Below are positions 1 to 10,096 of a DNA stretch of 64,000 bases, piece after piece. Origin of the DNA: a virus; IMG/VR virus record IMGVR_UViG_3300014501_000012, positions 20,832 to 84,831 of that record; one strand, given 5' to 3'. Both the position numbers and the translations under genes were made by a program. The notes below the pieces were generated by a model, which did not search any database, was not told the DNA's origin, and saw only the letters and a list, made by a program, of their open reading frames with translations. Numbering within the stretch: the first letter of the stretch is position 1; every line of letters starts with the position of its first letter.

Positions 1-3000
1 GGAACTGGGGCCACGGCTACGACCTCGATCACGACCGGCAACATCGTGGACCAGACGCTCACGATCGCCATGCCGCCGTTCACGGCCGGGGGCGACCTCA
101 CCGGCACGTTCCCGGCACCGACGATCAAGGCAAGCGTTGCGCTCACGGGCGCACCGACCGCCCCCACGCCGCCGATCTCTGACTCAAGCACCAGACTCGC
201 CACCACGGCGTTCGTGAGTGCTCTGGTCGATGGGGCCGACTACAAGGCGGCGCGCCAACTCGCAACCACCGCAGCCCTTCCGACCAACACCTATGCCAAC
301 GGGGCGTCGGGGGTGGGAGCAACACTGACCGGCGTCGACCTTACGGGCGCGGCGCTCGTCATCGACGGGACGAGCAACCCCGCTATCGGCACGACTGTTC
401 TCGTCAAGAACGAGGTGGCGGGAGCGCACAACGGGGCCTACGTCGTCCAGACCGTGGCGGCAGTCGGCACCGCGTGGGTGCTGATCCGGGCGACCGACTA
501 CAACCAGGCAGCGGAGATGGCGCCGGGCGATGCGTTCTACATCTACGGCGGATCGAGTGGAGGCAACCTCTCGACCACCTGGGTGATGAACCAGTCAGCG
601 GCGATCACGGTCGGAACCACCGCCCTGACCTTCGTGCAGATCCAGGGCATCGGCTCGATCACGAGCGGCGCGGGCATCACCATCACCGGCACGTCAATCG
701 CAATGACGACTCCACCGCTGACACCGGGAGCCACGCAAACGGCCAACTTCACCGCCCTGGCTAACCTTTTCTACCCGATCAACACGACGGCGGGGACGTT
801 CACCGGCACGCTCCCGGCTGCTCCCGCCAATGGCACCGTCGTCGGATTCAAGATCACCGTCTCCACCACTCCAGCGACCATCTTCACAGTGGCGGCGGGT
901 GGGAGCGACGTACTCAACGTCGCGGGGACCACCTCGGCCACGATCAAGGTATTCGGTGAGGTCCAGCAGTGGATCTACTTCTCCGGTGTCTGGTACGCGT
1001 ACGTCAGCACGCCCGTGGGGCAGCTCGACCTTCGGTACCCGTTGAACACGGCGACACCTGGCGGCGATCTCGCAGCAGCCGGATCGACCTACGCTGTCCC
1101 GCTGCTCTCGGCCACGGCGAATGTAAAAGCGATCATTGAGGCGAACTCAACGCCGTTCCCGCTCCCCGGCGCGGTTGACTTCATGGGGCACTCCTACATG
1201 GGCGCCACGGACCTCGGACTACCCGAGCCCATGATGCAGGCGAAGTATGTGGCCTCCCGCATCGCGGCGGCGCTCGGTGCTACGCCTGACTCGGTTACCT
1301 CTTTTACCCAGGGGGGCGGCCGCCTCCTCTCCACCGACACTGACGGTTGTGGGTGGGGCACAGCGTTGCAGCGTTGGCTTCCGCCCACGGCCGTCGGTCT
1401 CGCTGCGCAGTCTGGCGGGGCGTACCAACTCGGCGGCCAGGTCAATCCGCCCCTCCCGGCCACGAGCCTGCCCACATTCGTCGGGCTGCACGGCATAAAC
1501 GACGTGGTCTATCCCTTCGGTGGCGGCTTCACGCCGTTCACAGCGTCGGCCAATGGTTCGGGGACTCTCACGAGTTCGACCAATCTCTCGTCGACTGGCA
1601 GTTACCTGGCTGGTCGTATTGGAGGCAACGGCATCCAGGTCGGGGATTACCTCTTGGGCGCTGGTATCCGCGGCGCGGCCCAGGTGGCAAGTGTGACCTG
1701 GAACGGGTCAAACCTCACGACAATCGTTCTCACAACGGTCGGACAGAACACGGCCCCCTCTACCAGCGTCTCTTACAACCTGATCCCCAATAACTTCGCC
1801 ACCCAGGGAAAGGCGGCGATCATAAATGCCGCATCGGCCGTCGTCCAGCGACGGGTTGCGGGGGCCATCGTCCGTTCCGACGACGCGGCGATCACGTACT
1901 CAGGGACCTGGACGACGGTCACGCAGAATGGTGGCAACACCGGGCCGACCATCCGACAATCCATTGTCAACAACTCGGCGCTCAGCTACACCTTCCCCGC
2001 CACGCACCCTGGCGGCATGGTGGGGTTCATCTTCGTCGGCACCAACGACCTCGACGCGTCGGGCTGCACCGTGACGGCGGGAGGCACGAGCGCCGCGGGC
2101 GTACTCGGCGCCGTCACCACGGTGGGACGCGCTGGGTGGTGCGGGTTGAATGCCCCGGTCCTGGTAAGGATCAAGACAACCGCCGCCGACGCGGGCAAGA
2201 CGATCACATTCACATTCGGCACCGGAAGCGGCGGCACGCCGGTTCTCCAGTTCGACTCAATCAACTTCGATGCGCAGTACCAATCACCCGTCATTCTGGT
2301 GACGCAGCCCCTCGTCGTCCCCGACTTTGACGGCGCCGCTGACCCGGTAACCAACATCCCAGCCCTGAACGCTGCTCTCGCTCGGGTCGTCACGAACTTC
2401 CAGACAGCCCCAGCGGGTGGGTTCCCCGCCATCGGCCCGATCACCCCGGCCTACACGAACGTCGTGCTGGCGGACTTCGCCACGGAGATCAACAAGAAGT
2501 CGTTCTACCTCGGGTCATCCATCCTCGCCACGGGGAGCACGTCGTCAAGTGTGACCCTGGTCGGTCAGCGCACCACGACGCAAGGCGACCAACTGCCTCC
2601 GTACGCGGGACAGCAGCTCGGGATTTCGTGCAACAACGTCGGGGACCTGAACGAAGTGGTGTTCGTGACCTCGGTCGCCGCAGGGTCGCCCGTGACTATC
2701 GGCGGGAGCACCTACCCGACGTGGACCGTCAACATGAACCGCAACATCAACCCGTCCGGGTTTGCGGCATTTCAGCAGAACGCCGCCACTGGCTCTATCA
2801 CGTCGCTGGTCTCCCCGGTCGCCGACGTGATGTGGATGGGACCCGATTACATCCACCCCGGAGACGTGGGTGCGGCCCTCATCGCCAGCAACGTGCTCCA
2901 GGCGTACCAGTCGGTTCCGACCACCGCCAACCCCGATTTCATCGCTGCCAGCGGCCAGCGTTGGCTCCAGGGGCGCACGACTCCGTATCCGCGTGCTCTC

Positions 3001-3582
3001 GACGGCGGCATTTGGACGCCCAAAGGCATCGAGGGGACTTTCACCCCCGTCGCCAACACCGTCTATGCCATGCGCTACTACGCGTCCGAATGGCAGCTCA
3101 TCACAGGGGTAGGCGTGAGCGTCGTCGCCCAGCAGGGCAACCTTATGTACGCGGCGTTCCTGCTCGATACGTCGAACGGGTCGTATCCGGGGATGGTCAT
3201 CTGTGACTTCGGGTTGGCTGACGTGGCGCTCAGCTCCAACACGAGCCTCGGCCTTCTCGCTAGTGGCGGCGACGAGTACCTGCTCGCTCCCGGCTCGTAC
3301 TGGGTCGCGGTCGGATTCAATAGCGCCACGGTGTCAACGGTCCGCGGGGTCGCGACACGCACCGATGAGCCGAACGTGGACTGGATCTCCCTGACAGAAC
3401 TCAACACAGAGGCGACCACCTACGGGAAGCAGGGTTACACCTGGACTCCTGCAACGACGGGGGCGGCGATCACCAGCATGGCCGTAGCCGGGACACCAGC
3501 GCCAATCGTGGGCGGAACCACCGCGCAAATGCCCCGCATCTGGGTCCAAAGGACCGTCCAGAAGTACAACTTCGCCGGATGA
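1..3582 (+). CDS. Large virion fibre/appendage protein with SGNH(GDSL)-hydrolase motifs; 5' end probably outside window
   Basis: Frame is open from base 1. Tail-fibre motif TGAPTAPT..DSSTRLATTAFV; SGNH blocks GHS, GINDV and DYIHP; Thr/Gly/Ala-rich beta domains. Confidence 0.7.
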   Translation, partial: GTGATATTSITTGNIVDQTLTIAMPPFTAGGDLTGTFPAPTIKASVALTGAPTAPTPPISDSSTRLATTAFVSALVDGADYKAARQLATTAALPTNTYANGASGVGATLTGVDLTGAALVIDGTSNPAIGTTVLVKNEVAGAHNGAYVVQTVAAVGTAWVLIRATDYNQAAEMAPGDAFYIYGGSSGGNLSTTWVMNQSAAITVGTTALTFVQIQGIGSITSGAGITITGTSIAMTTPPLTPGATQTANFTALANLFYPINTTAGTFTGTLPAAPANGTVVGFKITVSTTPATIFTVAAGGSDVLNVAGTTSATIKVFGEVQQWIYFSGVWYAYVSTPVGQLDLRYPLNTATPGGDLAAAGSTYAVPLLSATANVKAIIEANSTPFPLPGAVDFMGHSYMGATDLGLPEPMMQAKYVASRIAAALGATPDSVTSFTQGGGRLLSTDTDGCGWGTALQRWLPPTAVGLAAQSGGAYQLGGQVNPPLPATSLPTFVGLHGINDVVYPFGGGFTPFTASANGSGTLTSSTNLSSTGSYLAGRIGGNGIQVGDYLLGAGIRGAAQVASVTWNGSNLTTIVLTTVGQNTAPSTSVSYNLIPNNFATQGKAAIINAASAVVQRRVAGAIVRSDDAAITYSGTWTTVTQNGGNTGPTIRQSIVNNSALSYTFPATHPGGMVGFIFVGTNDLDASGCTVTAGGTSAAGVLGAVTTVGRAGWCGLNAPVLVRIKTTAADAGKTITFTFGTGSGGTPVLQFDSINFDAQYQSPVILVTQPLVVPDFDGAADPVTNIPALNAALARVVTNFQTAPAGGFPAIGPITPAYTNVVLADFATEINKKSFYLGSSILATGSTSSSVTLVGQRTTTQGDQLPPYAGQQLGISCNNVGDLNEVVFVTSVAAGSPVTIGGSTYPTWTVNMNRNINPSGFAAFQQNAATGSITSLVSPVADVMWMGPDYIHPGDVGAALIASNVLQAYQSVPTTANPDFIAASGQRWLQGRTTPYPRALDGGIWTPKGIEGTFTPVANTVYAMRYYASEWQLITGVGVSVVAQQGNLMYAAFLLDTSNGSYPGMVICDFGLADVALSSNTSLGLLASGGDEYLLAPGSYWVAVGFNSATVSTVRGVATRTDEPNVDWISLTELNTEATTYGKQGYTWTPATTGAAITSMAVAGTPAPIVGGTTAQMPRIWVQRTVQKYNFAG

Positions 3583-3637
3583 TGATATGAGCTACGGCAC
3601 CACCGCCTACGGCACTAGCCCCAGATAGGATGACGAG

Positions 3638-3952
3638 ATGCCAGTAGACCTCAGCGGAATAGCCGACATCACCCAGTTGGAGTCCATCGCCTACAAGCAG
3701 ATGCGCGTGATCGCGGCGGGACAGCAGGCCCAAGAGGTTCTCCAGGCGTGCGAGGGCCGGATAGCCCAGATCCAGGGTGAGCAGCGGGAGGCGGCGGCAC
3801 TTGAGGCGAAGCGGCTGTACGACGAGACGCTGGCTCAGACGAAGCCCCCACCGCGGGCCGAGCGCCGGATCAAGCCCGTGAAGGCGGCGAAGAAGGCGCG
3901 CCCGGTGAAGAAGGCCGCCAAGAAGGTGGCAGCAGCCCGAAAGCGGACGTAG
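3638..3952 (+). CDS. Small protein with Lys/Ala-rich basic C-terminus
   Basis: KAAKKARPVKKAAKKVAAARK tail. Confidence 0.65.
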   Translation: MPVDLSGIADITQLESIAYKQMRVIAAGQQAQEVLQACEGRIAQIQGEQREAAALEAKRLYDETLAQTKPPPRAERRIKPVKAAKKARPVKKAAKKVAAARKRT

Positions 3953-3955
3953 CTC

Positions 3956-4651
3956 ATGGCGGCGGGCCTGCTCGGGCAGGGCCTCTTGGGACAGATGCTC
4001 CTCGGCGCGCACAACGCCGGGAACATCTCGGCCACCATCTCGGATTCGGCCCTCACCTCGGACGCGCTGAGCAGCAACGTCCAACTCCCTCGCTCGTTGT
4101 CCGAGAGCGCGGCGACCTCGGACGGGGTCGGGCGCACGATCCATCTCACCTCGTCTGTCTCGGACACCTCCCTCACCCCCGACGCCGTCGCCGCGGGGTC
4201 TCCCCGCACGCGCACAACGGCCGACTCGTCGCTAACGACGGATACCGCGGCCCGGCTCGCCGGCCTCGTTCGGGCGCTGGCCGATGCCTCGCTGACCGCT
4301 GACTCCGTTGCGACGCGTTTGGCCCTGGCCCGGGTCCTGACCGAGGCGGCTCTGACGCAGGACCAGTTGGTCCAGACCTTCGCGAGAATCCTGGCCGATA
4401 GTGCTCTCACGACCGACACGGTGTCAGCACACTCCGGGATCGCCCGAGCCCTGTCCGAAGACGCTCTCACCGCTGACTCCGTGCTGTTCGTGGTGAGGGT
4501 CGCGAGCGGCATCATCGGATGGGAGTTGGGGCTCGCCCAGAGTCAGTGGCGGTTCGGGTTCGCCCAGGGCCAGTGGCACGTCGGGCCGGCCGTCTGCCAG
4601 TGGCGCGTCGGGAAGGTCGCACCCGTCGCCTTGCTGGTGGTGCGAAGCTAA
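3956..4651 (+). CDS. Virion-region repeat protein (DSALTxD repeats; C-terminal WxxG repeats)
   Basis: About 8 repeats of ~19-20 aa; tight packing with neighbours. Confidence 0.65.
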   Translation: MAAGLLGQGLLGQMLLGAHNAGNISATISDSALTSDALSSNVQLPRSLSESAATSDGVGRTIHLTSSVSDTSLTPDAVAAGSPRTRTTADSSLTTDTAARLAGLVRALADASLTADSVATRLALARVLTEAALTQDQLVQTFARILADSALTTDTVSAHSGIARALSEDALTADSVLFVVRVASGIIGWELGLAQSQWRFGFAQGQWHVGPAVCQWRVGKVAPVALLVVRS

Positions 4652-4655
4652 CGCC

Positions 4656-4985
4656 ATGCCCCAACACCAACTCCGGTCCTCGCTCGAGAAGTTCCTGATC
4701 CCGGTGGACCTGTTGATCACCGAGGGCGCCAACCCCGACACGTCCCTCGACGTCGTCCAGTTCCAGTTCATCTACGGCGGCCTTCCCCCGCGGTCCCAGC
4801 CGGTAGAGGGCGACTGGGTCGACGGGTTCTGGATCACGTCCGAAGTCGGGACTCTCCTGGCCGGGATCCTGGTCGGGCCGGGCGGGACGGTCACGCTCGA
4901 GAAGGGGGTCTACGCAGCCTGCATGAGGATCATCGACAACCCGACGGTGCCCGTGAAGGCGCCCGACACGCTCACGATCACCTGA
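4656..4985 (+). CDS. Hypothetical virion-region beta-sandwich-like protein
   Basis: 109 aa ORF in operon. Confidence 0.6.
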   Translation: MPQHQLRSSLEKFLIPVDLLITEGANPDTSLDVVQFQFIYGGLPPRSQPVEGDWVDGFWITSEVGTLLAGILVGPGGTVTLEKGVYAACMRIIDNPTVPVKAPDTLTIT

Positions 4986-5126
4986 CCATGCGTGACACGG
5001 GACGCGCCCGTGTGCTTTACTTCCAGCCCAAGGACACAGTCCCCGCGTAGGACCCCGGCCCGGCCGGCGGAGAAGTGCGGACCCACAGGGTGCCGGTCAG
5101 TTCCGTTTCGAGCTGGAGGTCCCGTC

Positions 5127-7430
5127 GTGGGTGAGTCCTTGAAGAACCGTTTCGGTCAGATCGACGAGCAGGGTCGCATCGTCGCCCTCGTCGCCGAAGG
5201 CCTCCCGGCATGGCCGGACGACGGCAACCTGTCGGAGTTCACCGACGAGCAGCTGGCCGAGGTCGAGGCGGCTCTTCTCACCGAGAGCGCCGAGATCATG
5301 GGTGCCGGCGACGATGCCGACATCGATCGGGCGGAGCAGATCGTCGAGCGCGTGGGTGCTCTTCGCACCGAAGCCGCGACCCGGATGGCCGCGGCCGACG
5401 AGCCCGAAACCAGCCCTGAGCTGGAGGAACTGGCGGCCCTGAGCGACGAGGACCGTGCGGCCGTCGTCCAGTACGCAGCCGACGTGGCCGCCATCCCACC
5501 GCCCGCCGACGAGGACGCCGCCCTCGCCCGCCGGCGCGACGCCCTCGCCCGCCTGGGCGACCTGACCCCGCCCCCGGCGCCGGAACTCCAGGGCCTGAGC
5601 CACGAGGCCGCCGCCTCCTACGCCGAGGCAACCGCCGCTGGCATGGCCCGTGGGTTTGCCCCCGTGGTCGAGGCCCTGACCACGGCCGCGACCGCCCTGG
5701 CCACGGCCAACACCCCGCCCGCCCCCGGAACGACCATCACCGCCCGCGAGCTGGGGCGCTACCGTCCCTCGCAGTTCGCTCCGGCCGCCGGGACCCCCGA
5801 GGCCCCGCGTCCCCGCGGCCATCTCGTCCACCGAGGAGATGTCGCCGGGATGGCCATGGGCGCTGAGTTCACCTCGATGCGCCAACTGGTCGACGCCTTC
5901 GTCACCCGCCACCGGACCATCGGCCAGTCGGCGGCCGAGGACGAGCAAGTCCTGATCGCCTCCTACCAGCAGGACGACCCTCCGCCCGAGCGCGACCTCC
6001 GCCACATGAGCGACAGCCGCGAGGTGCGCCAGATGATCGACCGGGTGGTGGGACCCGATGCCATGGGCCGCGACCCGTGGAACCTCAGCCGGGAGGTCCC
6101 GATCAGCCGGGGCGGCATCGCCGTGACCGACTCAGAGGCCCTGGTGGCCTCCGGGGGCCTGGCCGCGCCGGTCGAGCCGTACTACCCCCAGCTGGTCCTC
6201 GCTGTCTCGGACCGCCCGGGGCTCGGATCGATGCCCGGGTTCATCACCGAGCGCGGAGGCATCCGGCTGGTGCTCCCGCCCAACCTCAACACGCTGGCGA
6301 ACGCCGTCGCGCCGGGGACGTTCGCCGACGGCGTGGCCGCGACCTCGACTGCCTGGACCTCGGCCACCGCTGAATTCACCGACGCCGACGTTGGGCAGCC
6401 GATCATCGGCACCGACATCCCCGCCGGGACGATCATCAACTCGGTGACCAACGGCACGACCCTCGTGCTGTCGGCGGCCACCACCGCCTCGGCCACCGGC
6501 CTGACGTTCTACCTGCCCTCGCGCAACCCGACCAACCTCGGAGGCCCCGTGGGGAAGGTCACCGCGGCCCAGGACGCGGCCGGACCGCCGAACTCGGTCA
6601 AGTTCACCTACGACGTCGCGAACGGGACGCAGGTCGAGCACGACGTGTACTCGGTCTACACGTCCCTCCAGTTCGGCAACCTGACGGCGCGGACGTTCCC
6701 CGAGCAGGTCGAGGCGAACATCCGCCTCGCCAACGCCCTGGCCGCCCGCGTCGCCGAGACGGCGATGCTGGACTACATCACCGGCTGGTCGACCCTGATC
6801 ACGGCGGCCAAGACCTTCGGCACCGCCCGCCAACTGCTCGCCCAGTTCGAGCACATGGCGGCGATGTACCGGAACAACAACCGGATGGACCCCGCCGCCG
6901 TGCTGCGTTTGGGCATCCCGGCCTGGGCGCTCAACGCCATGCGTTCGGACTACATCTCGTCCTTCATCGGGGGAGCGGAGAACTGGGGACTGTCGGACGA
7001 GGAGCTGAACTCCTGGTTCGCCGACCGCAACATCCTCCCGTTCTTCTACCTGGACGGGCCGTCGGACATCTCCCAGCTCTTCCCGGTCATCGGGTCGGGC
7101 GCGATCAACACCGGGGGGACGAATACCGCCACCCCGGTCGCGCTGCCGGACTACCCGGGACAGGGAGCGACGACCTCGTTCCGGACCAAGGTCGTCTCGT
7201 TCATGTGGGCCGAGGGGACGTGGCTCGGGTTGACGACGGGCGAGCTCAACATCGGGCTCGTGCGGGACTCGATCTTGAACTCGAGTAACAGATTCCGTAA
7301 CTTCGAGGAAGTATGGGAATCGCCTGCGTTCGTCGGGCTCCAGTCCCTCCGCTGCGTTCACACCGTCGCCGCCGACGGCACCTACGGTGCGGCCGTGTCG
7401 ATCACGCTCGGTGTCGGGTCCGGCCTGTAA
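5127..7430 (+). CDS. Major capsid (hexamer-type) protein with N-terminal scaffold-like acidic/helical region
   Basis: GGAGGT SD before GTG 5127; ALVASGG..AP..YY, RGGIRL and GNLTARTFPE motifs resemble actinophage cluster-B-like capsid proteins. Confidence 0.8.
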   Translation: MGESLKNRFGQIDEQGRIVALVAEGLPAWPDDGNLSEFTDEQLAEVEAALLTESAEIMGAGDDADIDRAEQIVERVGALRTEAATRMAAADEPETSPELEELAALSDEDRAAVVQYAADVAAIPPPADEDAALARRRDALARLGDLTPPPAPELQGLSHEAAASYAEATAAGMARGFAPVVEALTTAATALATANTPPAPGTTITARELGRYRPSQFAPAAGTPEAPRPRGHLVHRGDVAGMAMGAEFTSMRQLVDAFVTRHRTIGQSAAEDEQVLIASYQQDDPPPERDLRHMSDSREVRQMIDRVVGPDAMGRDPWNLSREVPISRGGIAVTDSEALVASGGLAAPVEPYYPQLVLAVSDRPGLGSMPGFITERGGIRLVLPPNLNTLANAVAPGTFADGVAATSTAWTSATAEFTDADVGQPIIGTDIPAGTIINSVTNGTTLVLSAATTASATGLTFYLPSRNPTNLGGPVGKVTAAQDAAGPPNSVKFTYDVANGTQVEHDVYSVYTSLQFGNLTARTFPEQVEANIRLANALAARVAETAMLDYITGWSTLITAAKTFGTARQLLAQFEHMAAMYRNNNRMDPAAVLRLGIPAWALNAMRSDYISSFIGGAENWGLSDEELNSWFADRNILPFFYLDGPSDISQLFPVIGSGAINTGGTNTATPVALPDYPGQGATTSFRTKVVSFMWAEGTWLGLTTGELNIGLVRDSILNSSNRFRNFEEVWESPAFVGLQSLRCVHTVAADGTYGAAVSITLGVGSGL

Positions 7431-7493
7431 GCCCTCCCCTCTCGGGGCAGAGGCCCAAGCAACCACGAGAAGACGAGGGGAGGTGATGACCAG

Positions 7494-8894
7494 ATGGCAG
7501 TCCAGGAGTTCTCAGCCGTAACAGGGCTCGACTTCACCCTGGAGACTCCGGTCCCGCTGGTCTCACCGCCCCTCTCGCTCCTTGGCGAGGCCCGGTCGCT
7601 GATCGACCTGGCGGGGATGTACGCCCGCCGGCAGGCGGCGTTGGAGAAGATCCAGTCCGGGGCCGAGCAACTCGAGGCCTACGACCGCGACGGGGTCGTG
7701 GGCGACGACGACCAGCCGGGCGAGGCAGACAGCCTCGAGGACACGGTCAAGGCGCTCGAGCAGCAGATGTCCGAGTGGACGCGTGAGTTCGAGACCTGGG
7801 ACGACGGCATCGCCCGGATGCAGGGCTGGGAGCAGGCGATCCAGTACCTCCCCGAGCTGGGCAACGCCGAGTCGATGTCGGTCTTCGCCCCGGGCACGGT
7901 CCCGCCCGTCGGCTCTGCGCTGGCATCGGGTGCGACGAAGCAGACCGGGTCCAACCAGGAGCCGTTCTACTGGTACGACCCGTTCGTCGCGGTAGGCCGC
8001 GACAGCCGGTCGCTTTTCGGGTGGCCGAACACCGACTTCGCCTCGCGGCTCCAGCGGTGCCAGCGCGCCCTCCTCGCCCACGAGTCGTGGCAGGCCGAGT
8101 ACGAGTTCTGGACGGGCACACAGGTCCCGACGAACTACCACCTCTCGGCGAGCCCGAGCACGGCCGTGGTCAGTCCCCACCGGACGATCGATGCCTGGCC
8201 GAACCCCCTCGCCCCGCCCGGGACGACGCTCGGAACCCCCGAGAGCCTGAGCGACTCGCTCGCCGCCCTCGACCAGTCGATCGCCAACGCCGACGCCGGC
8301 ACGGGGATGATCCACGCCTCGTGCTACCTCGTCCAGAAGTGGGCGCAGGTCTACCCGTACCTCCGGGACCCGTCGGGGAACATCCGGACGGTGAACAACA
8401 ACCTGATCGTCCCCGGCTACGGCTACCCCGGGACCGGGCCGGACCAGGCGAGCCGGTCGGTGACCGACGTGGTCACGACGGACGGAAGCCCCGACATCAC
8501 CTCGGCCTCGGCCGCCTTCACGGACCTCGACATCGGCCGCCCGATCAACGAGACCGACGCCGGGGGTCACATCCCGGCCGGCGCGGTGATCCTCACGGTG
8601 ACGAGCCCCACCGCCGCCGTCCTGAGCGTCCCGGCCACGGGAGCGGCCACGGGGATCGATGCGACGCTTCCGGGGGTCGGGGGCAACGCGACGGGGTCGG
8701 TCGTCCAGTGGGCCTACGCGACGGAGATGGTTTTCCACCTCCAGGGCGACATCGTCTCGTACCCGTCCGACCTCCGCGAGATCTCGCCGGCCTTGTACCA
8801 CAACTCGGCCGACATCCGCGTCGAGCGGTCCCACGCTCTGCTCACCAACCGGCTCCTCCGGGCAGCCGTCGCCGTCGACACGTCCACCACGTAA
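7494..8894 (+). CDS. Second capsid protein (pentamer-type/minor capsid)
   Basis: GGAGGT SD; directly after the major capsid gene; PF.A, E..FWTG, GMIHA, GYGYPG, WAYAT and VER motifs. Confidence 0.65.
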   Translation: MAVQEFSAVTGLDFTLETPVPLVSPPLSLLGEARSLIDLAGMYARRQAALEKIQSGAEQLEAYDRDGVVGDDDQPGEADSLEDTVKALEQQMSEWTREFETWDDGIARMQGWEQAIQYLPELGNAESMSVFAPGTVPPVGSALASGATKQTGSNQEPFYWYDPFVAVGRDSRSLFGWPNTDFASRLQRCQRALLAHESWQAEYEFWTGTQVPTNYHLSASPSTAVVSPHRTIDAWPNPLAPPGTTLGTPESLSDSLAALDQSIANADAGTGMIHASCYLVQKWAQVYPYLRDPSGNIRTVNNNLIVPGYGYPGTGPDQASRSVTDVVTTDGSPDITSASAAFTDLDIGRPINETDAGGHIPAGAVILTVTSPTAAVLSVPATGAATGIDATLPGVGGNATGSVVQWAYATEMVFHLQGDIVSYPSDLREISPALYHNSADIRVERSHALLTNRLLRAAVAVDTSTT

Positions 8895-8906
8895 GGAGAA
8901 GCAACC

Positions 8907-10067
8907 ATGGCCACAAATGGTCCAGTGCAAATCCAAGGCTGCGCATACCGGTTCGCCCGGCTCGCGGCCGACGGCTCGATCGTCAGCTCCTCGTCGGCGA
9001 TGATCCAAGACGACCGCCCGCTGGTGAAGATCGACATGAAGCCCGAGCTCGAAGAGGGCGTCGAGATCACCCCCAAGTCGGCGTGTGGCGTCCCGGTGAT
9101 CTCGTACAAGGACTGCAACCGGTACAAGCGGTGGACGATCGGCGTGACCCTCGGCGACTGGGACCCCGAGCAGTTGGAGCTCGTCGGGCAGGGCGCCGTC
9201 ATCACCGCGCCGGGATCGTCCGGGCGCGCCTTTGCCGACGGCGTGGTGACGATCAACGACGCCATCGTGACCTCCGCCGCCGACGCGGCGTTCACGGCGG
9301 ACGACGTCGGGCGCCCGATCACCGACGCCGGGTTCACCGTGGCCTCGTGCACCACGGCCAGCACCTCGGCCGACGTCACGACCACGGGGACGTTCGACAC
9401 TGACGGGGTCTCGGCGGGCATGACCGTGACCGGGACGGGGATCGCCACCGGGACCTTCGTCCTGAGCGCGAACTCCCAGACCGACCTCACGCTCAGCCAG
9501 CCGGCGACGGCCAGCGGCACGGTCACCCTGACCTTCTTCATCCTCCCCGCCGGGAACTACATCGCCGAGGTCTTCTCGGCGACCGAGGCCCGGATGAACT
9601 TCATCGCTCTCAAGACCGGGGCGGCCCTGACGCTCACCCTCGGATCGCAGGCGGTGTCCACGATCGGGTACCAGTACCCGCGGCTGCTCGCCGTCGAGTG
9701 CCCGTTCGGGATCTCGATCGAGGTCTGGTCGAAGCTGATCGTGCGCGGCACCGGCTACCAGGGCACCACGCCCTACCCCTCGGCCGGCACGGCGGAGATC
9801 CCCGGATCGGCCTACGTGCGGACCGGCATCTTCCGCGCCTTCCTCTGGCACGGAGCGCGCACGATCGAGAACAAGGAAGCCGGCCCGATGTTCGAGGGCT
9901 GGGCGATCGAGAACCCGAACTTCGGCACGGGTCCGGCCGACGACTGGCGCGTCACCGCTCTGCCGGCTGATGGCGAGCCGGTCCCGACGATCGCCTGGTG
10001 CAACGAGATGGCGGACTTCGAGCTGCCCACTCCGCTCCAGCCCGGGTACCAGACTCTTCCGATCTGA
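8907..10067 (+). CDS. Major tail (tube) protein
   Basis: AAGGAG SD; R..RL..DG, K.ACG, DPE..EL and IEVWSK motifs of actinophage major tail proteins; synteny. Confidence 0.75.
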   Translation: MATNGPVQIQGCAYRFARLAADGSIVSSSSAMIQDDRPLVKIDMKPELEEGVEITPKSACGVPVISYKDCNRYKRWTIGVTLGDWDPEQLELVGQGAVITAPGSSGRAFADGVVTINDAIVTSAADAAFTADDVGRPITDAGFTVASCTTASTSADVTTTGTFDTDGVSAGMTVTGTGIATGTFVLSANSQTDLTLSQPATASGTVTLTFFILPAGNYIAEVFSATEARMNFIALKTGAALTLTLGSQAVSTIGYQYPRLLAVECPFGISIEVWSKLIVRGTGYQGTTPYPSAGTAEIPGSAYVRTGIFRAFLWHGARTIENKEAGPMFEGWAIENPNFGTGPADDWRVTALPADGEPVPTIAWCNEMADFELPTPLQPGYQTLPI

Positions 10068-10096
10068 TTCCCACCAACTGATCCCGAGGAGGATCC

